Program-made: the position numbers and the translations under genes | Shown here: positions 24,141 through 32,765 of the stretch, piece by piece | How the letters are laid out: each line of letters starts with the position of its first letter | Position numbering within the stretch: position 1 is the first letter of the stretch | The notes under the pieces: generated by a model | The model's database searches: none | Told to the model about the DNA's origin: nothing | What the model saw: the letters and a program-made list of their open reading frames with translations, nothing else | Assembly: GCA_036960805.1 (NCBI GenBank) | Contig: JBALXL010000001.1 | Span: 129,028-193,027, forward strand | DNA from: Pseudomonadales bacterium | Lineage (GTDB): Bacteria > Pseudomonadota > Gammaproteobacteria > Pseudomonadales > IMCC2047 | Direction: 5' to 3' | DNA: 64,000 nucleotides

Positions 24141-24253
24141 ATAGTTTTGAGCAGTCGCGTTAAAAATGTTGGCGCACCCTATTGAGGCATCTGGTTAAAG
24201 ACTTAATAATGGCTGTTAACACCGGATAGATGTAGTGCCCAGGAGAGAACTAA

Positions 24254-24892
24254 GTGTCCATTACTTTTGAGTTTAGTAAACAGGAAGGTTTACTAAAGCA
24301 ATACTACAAGCTAAGGGAAGAGTGTTTTCGCAATGAATTAGGGCTTGAGGCCTTTGACGGAACTGAGGACTTGTTTGATCAAACAGGGCATATCCTTATA
24401 TTTCGTGATGGCGATATTTGCATTGGTGGTGTACGAATTACCGGCTGTTCCTTATTTGGACGTAGCCTGGTGCCGCTGGAACAAAAAGGGCTGGATATAT
24501 CGCAAATGCTGCCTCAGCTAAGTCTGACATTGGCGCCTTATTGCCAGTGGGAGCGGCTGGTTTTACGTCCGGAGTATCGGGGTATCGATATGCTGAAAGG
24601 GATTTGCAAGGCCTTGATACGAGGCTGTGCCAGCCTGGGTTATCACTACGCTTTTAATGTCACTGGAATCAAGCGTGCTCGGCTTTATAAGCGTGTTCAC
24701 TCAAATCTTGGTTTTGACTACGAAATTTACAATCAACTGGAAATGCCCGTGGAGAATGACTTTTCGCATCTTGAGCATTTGTTGTCGATTGCTCACATTC
24801 CAAAAGCTGAACGTGATGAATTGGTTGGTGCTGATGATGAACAGGTGTTCGCTGGCCTTTGGCAACCCTCTGATGTTTATTGCGCTGCTTAG
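24254..24892 (+). CDS. GNAT-fold acyltransferase, LuxI/FeeM-like
   Basis: AGGAGA RBS plus GTG; YKLREECF, EDLFD, GGVRI, VPLE, WERLVLRPEYRG follow the acyl-HSL / N-acyl amino acid synthase motif order. Confidence 0.65.
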   Translation: MSITFEFSKQEGLLKQYYKLREECFRNELGLEAFDGTEDLFDQTGHILIFRDGDICIGGVRITGCSLFGRSLVPLEQKGLDISQMLPQLSLTLAPYCQWERLVLRPEYRGIDMLKGICKALIRGCASLGYHYAFNVTGIKRARLYKRVHSNLGFDYEIYNQLEMPVENDFSHLEHLLSIAHIPKAERDELVGADDEQVFAGLWQPSDVYCAA

Positions 24893-25242
24893 CCGCCCGA
24901 CAGCTTTACCTGGTAACCGAGTTTAACTAGAAGGGGTAACAGCTGTTCACGGTAGTCACCTTGGATTTCGATAATTCCATCTTTCACGGTGCCTCCACTA
25001 CCACAGCTTTTTTTAAGTTGTTTAGCCAGACTTTTCAGATCGTCTGCTGCCAGCGGAATGCCGACGATCAGGGTGACCCCTTTACCTTTCCGGCCCTTGG
25101 TTTGTCGGGATATTCGAATAATGCCATCGCCAGCGGGCGGTGCTGAATTTTGTTTGCACTGACATTGTTGTTGAGGTTGTTCGCAACCGGGGCAGAGGCG
25201 ACCTTGGTCGGTGGAATAAACAAGGTGGGAAGAGCGGGTCAT
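24889..25242 (-). CDS. yciH: SUI1-family translation initiation inhibitor
   Basis: LVYSTD, KGRKGKGVT, LKKSCGSGGTVKDG.IEIQGD. Confidence 0.93.
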   Translation of the reverse strand: MTRSSHLVYSTDQGRLCPGCEQPQQQCQCKQNSAPPAGDGIIRISRQTKGRKGKGVTLIVGIPLAADDLKSLAKQLKKSCGSGGTVKDGIIEIQGDYREQLLPLLVKLGYQVKLSGG

Positions 25243-25346
25243 TGGGGACTTTCCTACATAAAAACGTCAATGATAAGACAAGCTCGCTGTAATCTATACT
25301 AATAACACTGAATCGTGATGCTTTCGATTCAGTCTGACTTACTGGA

Positions 25347-25799
25347 ATGTTTATGAAGTCTGTTACTCAATTACGTTTTATTTCCTTGTTATCACTGCTT
25401 TTTGTGCTGTTGAGCGTGCCTCTTCATGCTGAAGAAAACGTCATGGAATTAGATCAGCTGGAGGTCCGAAGTGATCTTCGTTACGCGGCAGGACAAGAGC
25501 AAGCTTTTAGCGGTAGTGCGGTTAGCTACTTTGTTGATGGCATGCAAAAGCTGCAGGTTAGCTTTAATAAAGGTCTTAAGCACGGCAAAGAAATTGCTTG
25601 GTATGAAGACGGTCAATTACGTTATGTGGTTCGCTACCTTAATGGTGAGCCGCAGAGTGTGGGCTCTACTTGGTACGCTCGCACAAGTCAGGCTAAAGTA
25701 GCTGTTTCTGCACTGCGGTTTTGTGACGAAGAAGATATGAAAATTGGTTTTTGTGATCCTGGACTACAGGAGTCCAGCCGTATTGAATTCACGCCTTAG
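25347..25799 (+). CDS. Exported MORN-variant repeat (YwqK-like) protein
   Basis: Signal peptide ending LHA; FSG...YF.DG, GLKHG....WYEDGQ repeats. Confidence 0.65.
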   Translation: MFMKSVTQLRFISLLSLLFVLLSVPLHAEENVMELDQLEVRSDLRYAAGQEQAFSGSAVSYFVDGMQKLQVSFNKGLKHGKEIAWYEDGQLRYVVRYLNGEPQSVGSTWYARTSQAKVAVSALRFCDEEDMKIGFCDPGLQESSRIEFTP

Positions 25800-25926
25800 T
25801 ATCACTCTCTTGTTGGAAAAACCTTATAGATTCATTCGCAGAAAGGCTTTGATGCAATCCCCATGATGCTTTGATACTGTATAGATTGCAGAGTGCTGTC
25901 TTATCGGCCGTGCAATCGAGGTGCTT

Positions 25927-27333
25927 ATGGCACAAAAGTATCGTATTGAAGCTGATAGTCTGGGTCAGCTAAAAATCCCTGTTAAAGCTCTCTATGGCGC
26001 GCAAACCCAGCGCGCTATTGAAAACTTCCCTGTCAGCCAGCTACCGATGCCCATCGCTTTTATCTCGGTATTGGGGCTGATCAAGAAAATAGCCGCGACA
26101 GTTAATCAGCAGTTAGGTCTGTTGGACTCTCCCCGCGCTACCGCCATTATTAAAGCCTCAGCAGAGGTGCAAGCCAGTTTGCACGATATGCAATTCCCTG
26201 TTGATGTATTTCAGACAGGCTCTGGAACCAGTAGCAACATGAATGCAAATGAGGTGATTGCAACGTTGGCCGCGAAGTCCAGCGGGCTGGATATCCACCC
26301 TAATGACCACGTCAATCTTGGTCAGAGTAGCAATGATGTCATTCCCACAGCGATACACATCAGTGCTACGTTACAGCTAACGAGTCAGCTATTACCTGCT
26401 TTAACACACCTTCAACAAGCAATAGAGAAACGAGCGCTTGAACTGAAGATACATGTGACCACTGGTCGAACCCACCTAATGGATGCTATGCCGGTTTCGT
26501 TGTCACAGGAGCTTGATGGCTGGGCTGCACAGACGAGCATGGGGATTCAGCGTTTGCAAAGTACGTTGCCAAGGCTTTGTCAGTTAGCGCAGGGCGGCAC
26601 GGCAGTGGGTACAGGCATCAATGCCCATGCGCAGTTTGCGCAACACTTTGCCGGTGTTCTCAGTAAAGAGACTGGATTGCCTTTTGTACCTAGTGCCTGC
26701 TTTTTCGAAAGTTTAAGCTGTCAGGATAGCGCTGTAGAGTTGTCAGGCCAGCTGCGAGTAGTGGCGGTCAGCATTATGAAAATTGCCAATGATCTGCGCT
26801 GGATGAACAGTGGACCGCTGGCGGGGTTAGGCGAAATAGAATTACAGGGGCTGCAGCCGGGCAGCAGTATTATGCCGGGCAAAGTGAATCCGGTGATTCC
26901 GGAAAGCGCGGCAATGGTGGCTGCCCAGGTGATGGGGAATGATGCGACGATTGCCATTGCGGGGCAAAGCGGCAACTTTCAACTGAATGTGATGTTGCCA
27001 GTGATTGCCTATAACCTGCTGCAAAGCATTGAGTTGCTGACATCGACATGTAATCTATTGGCGGATAAAGCGATAGCCACCTTTACTGTTAATGCCGATA
27101 CCTTGCAGCAAAACCTGGCCCGCAATCCGATGTTGGTAACCGCCCTCACGCCAGTAATAGGCTACGATAAAGCGGCCGAAATTGCTAAGCAGGCGTACCG
27201 TGAAAAACGCTCGATATTGGATGTTGCTGCAGAAGTGACGAATATACCTCGGGAGCAATTAACTGATCTGTTAGCGCCGGATTCTTTGTTAAATCAGCCG
27301 TCTGACCGCAAACGTACCCCAGACCATAATTAA
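25927..27333 (+). CDS. fumC: Class II fumarate hydratase
   Basis: QTGSGTSSNMN, GRTHLMDA, GSSIMPGKVNP. Confidence 0.95.
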   Translation: MAQKYRIEADSLGQLKIPVKALYGAQTQRAIENFPVSQLPMPIAFISVLGLIKKIAATVNQQLGLLDSPRATAIIKASAEVQASLHDMQFPVDVFQTGSGTSSNMNANEVIATLAAKSSGLDIHPNDHVNLGQSSNDVIPTAIHISATLQLTSQLLPALTHLQQAIEKRALELKIHVTTGRTHLMDAMPVSLSQELDGWAAQTSMGIQRLQSTLPRLCQLAQGGTAVGTGINAHAQFAQHFAGVLSKETGLPFVPSACFFESLSCQDSAVELSGQLRVVAVSIMKIANDLRWMNSGPLAGLGEIELQGLQPGSSIMPGKVNPVIPESAAMVAAQVMGNDATIAIAGQSGNFQLNVMLPVIAYNLLQSIELLTSTCNLLADKAIATFTVNADTLQQNLARNPMLVTALTPVIGYDKAAEIAKQAYREKRSILDVAAEVTNIPREQLTDLLAPDSLLNQPSDRKRTPDHN

Positions 27334-27433
27334 TCAAAACTTGTCGCTTGATAGGGGCTGAGCATTCCTCCCTGTTACGGTACAATAGCGCCCATAAATA
27401 AAGTTATCGATCCATTTTAGCAGAGCGTATTAC

Positions 27434-28951
27434 ATGACCTTAATCCGTGAAGAAGACCTGATCCAAAGTGTTGCCGATGCACTGCAGTATATTTCCTACT
27501 ATCACCCAGCTGATTTTATCCAGGGCGTACATGAAGCCTATCTGCGAGAGGAATCCCAAGCCGCCAAAGATGCCATGGCACAAATTCTGATTAACTCACG
27601 GATGTGCGCTGAAGGCCATCGTCCGATTTGTCAGGATACCGGCATTGTGACTGTGTTCCTGAAAATCGGTATGAAGGTACAGTGGGATAGCGATAAATCA
27701 GTTAGCGATCTGGTTAATGAAGGTGTTCGTCGTGCTTATTTGGATCCAGATAATCTGCTGCGCGCTTCGATTCTTGATGATCCAGCTGGCGCACGAAAAA
27801 ATACCAAAGACAACACACCAGCTGTCATTCATATGGAAGTTGTGGCCGGTGATAAATTGGAAGTACACGTAGCGGCCAAGGGTGGTGGTTCGGAAAACAA
27901 ATCTAAAATGGTGATGCTCAACCCAAGTGACAGCATCGTTGATTGGGTTGTGAAAACGGTACCTACCATGGGTGCAGGCTGGTGTCCGCCCGGTATGTTG
28001 GGAATAGGCATTGGCGGTACGGCTGAAAAAGCGGCTGTAATGGCCAAAGAAGTGTTGATGGATCCGATCGATATTCATGAAATTCGTGAGCGCGGCCCAC
28101 AAAACCGTGTTGAAGAACTGCGTATTGAAATTATGGATGCGGTGAATAATCTGGGTATTGGCGCACAGGGTTTGGGTGGTTTGACCACCGTACTGGACGT
28201 TAAAATCATGGACTACCCAACTCACGCGGCTTCTTTGCCGGTGGCGATGATTCCAAATTGCGCGGCAACTCGCCATACACACTTTGTACTGGATGGTTCA
28301 GGCCCGGCCGTATTAACGCCACCAAAATTGGAAGATTGGCCGAAAATTACCGAGACCGGAGGTAACTCTGCTCGCCGTGTTAATTTGGATGACGTTAAGC
28401 ACGCTGACATTCAAAACTGGCAGCCGGGTGAAACATTACTGTTGTCGGGAAAAATGCTGACGGGTCGTGATGCTGCACATAAACGCATGACAGAAATGAT
28501 GGCCAATGGTGAACCGCTGCCGGTAGATCTCACCGATCGTTTTATTTATTACGTGGGTCCTGTCGATCCTGTACGAGACGAGGTGGTTGGTCCAGCTGGC
28601 CCAACCACAGCGACACGCATGGACAAATTTACTGAAACCATGTTGGCTGAAACAGGCCTGATTGGCATGATCGGTAAAGCCGAACGTGGGCCTACTGCGA
28701 TTGAGGCGATTAAAAAGCATAAAGCCGTATACCTGATGGCCGTTGGCGGTGCTGCTTATCTTGTTTCCAAAGCAATCAAAAAAGCTGAAGTTGTGGCTTT
28801 TCCGGAAATGGGTATGGAAGCCATTTATGAATTTGAAGTGGAAGATATGCCAGTAACCGTTGCGGTTGATGTACAGGGTGAGTCGGTTCACCAAACAGGT
28901 CCTGCGCATTGGCGTCATATCATTGAAGAGCGGGTATTAGAGATTAAGTAG
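27434..28951 (+). CDS. fumA: Class I (Fe-S) fumarate hydratase
   Basis: RPICQDTG, KGGGSEN, GWCPP, NCAATRH, GPTTATRM. Confidence 0.92.
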   Translation: MTLIREEDLIQSVADALQYISYYHPADFIQGVHEAYLREESQAAKDAMAQILINSRMCAEGHRPICQDTGIVTVFLKIGMKVQWDSDKSVSDLVNEGVRRAYLDPDNLLRASILDDPAGARKNTKDNTPAVIHMEVVAGDKLEVHVAAKGGGSENKSKMVMLNPSDSIVDWVVKTVPTMGAGWCPPGMLGIGIGGTAEKAAVMAKEVLMDPIDIHEIRERGPQNRVEELRIEIMDAVNNLGIGAQGLGGLTTVLDVKIMDYPTHAASLPVAMIPNCAATRHTHFVLDGSGPAVLTPPKLEDWPKITETGGNSARRVNLDDVKHADIQNWQPGETLLLSGKMLTGRDAAHKRMTEMMANGEPLPVDLTDRFIYYVGPVDPVRDEVVGPAGPTTATRMDKFTETMLAETGLIGMIGKAERGPTAIEAIKKHKAVYLMAVGGAAYLVSKAIKKAEVVAFPEMGMEAIYEFEVEDMPVTVAVDVQGESVHQTGPAHWRHIIEERVLEIK

Positions 28952-29044
28952 TCGCTATGATTTTGCGCCTGTTGTTGCCCCTGTTATTAGGGCGACGACA
29001 GGCGTAAAATTAATGTAATCTCCCCCTGATCTTTGAGGCGCCAG

Positions 29045-29386
29045 ATGACCTACTTAATCGAAGAAGCCTGTGTAGCCTGTCGTATGGCAACAGACCCACT
29101 AACCGATGCAGGAATTGCCGAGTTAAAACGAGAGTTAGCTGATTGGGCTGTAGAAGAGCGCAACGGCGAAAAACAGCTTGAACGAGTCTATAAATTCAAA
29201 AACTTTGCTCAGGCATTGGCTTTCACCAATGATGTAGGTGTATTGGCTGAAAGCGAAAAACACCACCCGGCGTTATTAACCGAATGGGGTAAAGTGACCG
29301 TTACTTGGTGGACGCATAGCATCGCTGGCTTACATAAAAATGATTTTATTCTGGCCGCGCGAACCGACCAGCTGTTCTCTGACTAA
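29045..29386 (+). CDS. phhB: Pterin-4a-carbinolamine dehydratase
   Basis: CVAC N-terminus, [32 protein letters not shown]. Confidence 0.92.
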   Translation: MTYLIEEACVACRMATDPLTDAGIAELKRELADWAVEERNGEKQLERVYKFKNFAQALAFTNDVGVLAESEKHHPALLTEWGKVTVTWWTHSIAGLHKNDFILAARTDQLFSD

Positions 29387-29406
29387 GCGCACTGCCAGTT
29401 AAATCG

Positions 29407-29763
29407 ATGGCCATAGATATTACTCAACAGACTAGTTTTGAGCAGTTGGCTGATATTCTTCTGGAGCTTGAAGCTGCGTTACGTGAGCGCCAGCTATGGG
29501 AGGCGAAACCACCATCTCTGGTGGCTTTGTCCAGCCAGCAACCCTTCTGTTTTGATACCCTCCGATTTACCCAATGGCTGCAGTTTGTTTTTATCGAACG
29601 ACTCAAGGCTATTATTGAATGTTGCGCAGCATTACCGGCCCGCAGTGGTATTGTGCCTATTGCCGAAGAAAATTTTAAAGGTGTTACCTATGATGCCCGG
29701 CGAATTATTTATGTATTGGCGCAGTTTGATGCGTTCATTGAGCAACAATTCCTATACAAATAA
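29407..29763 (+). CDS. yqcC: YqcC (DUF446) family protein
   Basis: LW...PP...ALSSQQPFCFDTL.F.QWLQFVF. Confidence 0.88.
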   Translation: MAIDITQQTSFEQLADILLELEAALRERQLWEAKPPSLVALSSQQPFCFDTLRFTQWLQFVFIERLKAIIECCAALPARSGIVPIAEENFKGVTYDARRIIYVLAQFDAFIEQQFLYK

Positions 29764-29914
29764 ATACTATTTTAGGGAGCTAATTTCTCACCAATTTGTC
29801 TATTGCTTCTACAATTAATGGGAGACTCTGAATAAAGTCGTAGATAGCCACGTTTTGCTGCTGATTTTGAAAGCTACTGACGTTGTTACAGCAACCTACT
29901 TCAGTAGCTCTTAA

Positions 29915-31180
29915 ATGTTTTGTTGTTTTAAGGTGGACTCGTTGGTGCAAATTTTTCCTCGCTCTACATTGGCGTTTTTGGCGCCTTATCTATTGTTGAT
30001 TATCGGCTACTGTGCGCTAGATCTGTTTAATAATTTATCCATTAATCAGTTAGCAACACTGCGCTTGATTCCCTATAGCCTGTTTGTGGTTAGCGCTTGC
30101 ATTAGCCTGTATTTTGGCCGCAATAGAATCTTTTATTTATCGTTACTGATGGCCTTGCTGCATTGGGCGCTGACCAGCTATCACCCCTATATTGATGTCG
30201 TTCAACAACAAAATTTATTGATGGTGTTGGGTATATTGGCCCCCCTGAACCTGGCAGTGTTGTCATTATTTCGAGATCGTGGCCTGACCTGGGTTCAAAG
30301 TTACTTAATGACCTCTGTACTGGGCTTGCAATCAGCACTGGTTTTTGAAGTGATGAACAATGACCGTTATGAGTGGTTACAGAGACTGGAACAGTTGTTT
30401 GACTCTTTACCGCTGTCTGAATTGTCATTGGTTTTACCGAACGCGGTACTCATTAGCCTGCTGATGTCAGCGGCAATTATTAGTGTGCGGCTGTTTTTTC
30501 GAAACACGCCGCTGAATAATGCGTTACTGGCTGTATTAGTGACACTGGGTATCACCTTTAATTTTGTTGATGTAACAACCACGGCCTCGGTTTTACTGGT
30601 TGTCGCTGGACTGGTAGCGCTTTTATGCCTGCTTCAGCACTCCTATGACATGGCGTATCGTGATGAATTAACTGGATTGTTGGGAAGGAGGGCATTAAAC
30701 GAACGTTTATTAAGGCTTTCTGGGCGTTATTGTATTGTCATGGTGGATGTGGATTTCTTCAAAAAATTTAATGATACCCACGGTCACGATGTGGGTGATC
30801 AGGTACTTAAAATGCTGGCAGGCCAGCTTGACAGAACGGGTGGCGGAGCGCGTGCTTATCGTTATGGTGGTGAAGAGTTTGTGTTGGTGTTTGAGAGTAA
30901 AACATTGGCCCAAATTGAACCAGTTATTGAAAAGCTACGTGCAGATGTCGCTGATTATCCGATGAAAGTACGTGGCTTCAATCGGCCAATAGACAGTAAC
31001 TCCAGTAAAAAACTGCGTAAAAAAGGCGATGGATCAAAAACATTGGCTGTCACTATTAGCCTAGGTGCGGCGCAGCGTAATGAGCGATTAAAAACCACGA
31101 GAGTGGTTATGGAAGCTGCGGACAAGGCGCTTTATCGGGCTAAAAATGCAGGGCGGAACCAGGTGAAATTACACAAATAA
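29915..31180 (+). CDS. Multi-TM diguanylate cyclase
   Basis: About 8 TM segments, DELTGL, DVDFFKKFND.HGH..GD, RYGGEEF; true start may be GTG at 29945. Confidence 0.9.
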   Translation: MFCCFKVDSLVQIFPRSTLAFLAPYLLLIIGYCALDLFNNLSINQLATLRLIPYSLFVVSACISLYFGRNRIFYLSLLMALLHWALTSYHPYIDVVQQQNLLMVLGILAPLNLAVLSLFRDRGLTWVQSYLMTSVLGLQSALVFEVMNNDRYEWLQRLEQLFDSLPLSELSLVLPNAVLISLLMSAAIISVRLFFRNTPLNNALLAVLVTLGITFNFVDVTTTASVLLVVAGLVALLCLLQHSYDMAYRDELTGLLGRRALNERLLRLSGRYCIVMVDVDFFKKFNDTHGHDVGDQVLKMLAGQLDRTGGGARAYRYGGEEFVLVFESKTLAQIEPVIEKLRADVADYPMKVRGFNRPIDSNSSKKLRKKGDGSKTLAVTISLGAAQRNERLKTTRVVMEAADKALYRAKNAGRNQVKLHK

Positions 31181-31364
31181 TTGGTTATCAAGAATGTTAG
31201 TTAGAGCCTGAAATAATTCTTTTCATCTTGGCTCCAATCTCTAAGCAGTTTTTTAAATCACTCCTATACTGAAAAGCGTTGGTTTTAAAAAAGTTGTATG
31301 TCGCTAGTAAGTCTCAAGTTGGCATTATCTATTCATATTTTTAACGATTATCAGGAAGTGGTTT

Positions 31365-32651
31365 ATGGCGGAGTTAAATGATTACCTTCGGGTTTTGGTT
31401 GATCGAGATGGATCTGATTTGTACCTATCGACGGGTGCACCGCCCAGTATCAAGGCGATGGGGCAGTTGATGCCGATTGCTGAGTCACCTTTGCCCAAGG
31501 GCCGAGTTGAGCAGTTGGCTTATGCAGCCATGAATGAAGAACAAATTAAGGACTTTGAGAGAAAGCCGGAAATGAACTTGGCGATTTCTGAAGAAGGGCT
31601 TGGACGTTTCCGGGTTAATATCTTCAAGCAACGCGGTGAAGTATCGATGGTGATCCGTTCCATTAAAACGGATATTCCTTATTTTAAAGATCTTGGTTTA
31701 CCGTCAATTTTGCCGGAACTAGTGATGGAGAAGCGTGGTTTGATTTTATTTGTGGGCGGTACCGGCTCCGGTAAATCCACCTCGTTGGCGTCATTGATTG
31801 ATCACCGTAATACCAATAGCGCAGGCCATATCATTACCATCGAAGACCCGGTGGAATTTGTACATCGTCACAAGAAAAGCATCGTCAATCAGCGTGAAGT
31901 GGGCATGGATACGGATAACTACGAAGACGCGCTGCAAAACACTCTGCGTCAGGCGCCAGATGTGATTTTGATTGGTGAAATTCGTAGCCGTGAAACCATG
32001 GAACATGCACTGGCTTTTGCTGAAACGGGGCATTTATGTCTATCAACGTTACATGCGAATAACGCTAACCAAGCTTTGGATCGTATTATTAACTTCTTCC
32101 CTGAAGAGCGGCACAATCAGTTATTCCTGGATCTGTCGTTAAACTTGCGAGGTATCATTTCGCAGCGTTTGATTCCTACCGTGGATGGCAAACGCGCAGC
32201 GGCCATTGAAGTATTGACGGGTACACCACGGGTTAAGGATCTGATTAAAAAAGGTGATGTGGATTCTCTCAAGGAAGTGATGTCAAAATCCGCTGGTCAA
32301 GGTATGAAAACCTTTGATCAGGCGTTACTTGAATTGTATCAGCAAGGGAAAATCAGCATGGAAGAGGCATTGCGAAATGCCGATTCGGCTAATAACCTTC
32401 GTTTAACTATCACGTTAAGTGAAAAGGAAGGGGGTAAACCTGCCGTACCAAGGCCGGCGACCAAACCTGCTGGTGAAGTGAGGAGCGAAATCCCACGCGC
32501 GCCAAGCGTTAAAAATGATTTACGCAGATTGCGCGAAGAAGCCCAACAAAGTATGAAGCCCATAGCGGAAAAACCCAAAGTACAGTCTGTAGCCGCAGCC
32601 GGTTTTTCGTTAGCTCCGCTGGAAGATGATGAGGAACCTGAGACGTATTAA
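31365..32651 (+). CDS. pilU: PilT/PilU-family type IV pilus retraction ATPase (PilU-like)
   Basis: GGTGSGKST, TIEDPVEF, LRQAPDVILIGEIR, STLHANNANQALDRI. Confidence 0.88.
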   Translation: MAELNDYLRVLVDRDGSDLYLSTGAPPSIKAMGQLMPIAESPLPKGRVEQLAYAAMNEEQIKDFERKPEMNLAISEEGLGRFRVNIFKQRGEVSMVIRSIKTDIPYFKDLGLPSILPELVMEKRGLILFVGGTGSGKSTSLASLIDHRNTNSAGHIITIEDPVEFVHRHKKSIVNQREVGMDTDNYEDALQNTLRQAPDVILIGEIRSRETMEHALAFAETGHLCLSTLHANNANQALDRIINFFPEERHNQLFLDLSLNLRGIISQRLIPTVDGKRAAAIEVLTGTPRVKDLIKKGDVDSLKEVMSKSAGQGMKTFDQALLELYQQGKISMEEALRNADSANNLRLTITLSEKEGGKPAVPRPATKPAGEVRSEIPRAPSVKNDLRRLREEAQQSMKPIAEKPKVQSVAAAGFSLAPLEDDEEPETY

Positions 32652-32683
32652 GGACATCTTTAAAACGCCAGTTTGATGATAAT

Positions 32684-32713
32684 AAAGCCTGCTGATATAG
32701 CGGGCTTTTTTTA
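32684..32713 (+). terminator. Intrinsic terminator after pilU-like gene
   Basis: AAAGCCTGCT-GATAT-AGCGGGCTTTTTTT. Confidence 0.82.
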
Positions 32714-32765
32714 TGATTCGTTTCCCCTACAATGAGCTCTCTTTAACTGACAGGGTGAATTAAGG

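Noticed and set aside
25347-25799. Toxin-antitoxin system (YwqK-like repeats)
   Set aside because: Has a signal peptide and no neighbouring toxin; MORN-variant repeats are generic
25875-25891. LexA box upstream of fumC
   Set aside because: CTG-N9-CAG rather than the required N10
27698-28918. Long antisense ORFs (194 and 160 aa) over the class I fumarase, and similar shadow ORFs elsewhere
   Set aside because: Fully overlap well-supported genes, with no motifs; typical codon-bias shadows
29438-29818. 126-aa alternative-frame ORF
   Set aside because: Overlaps the clear YqcC gene and has no recognisable features
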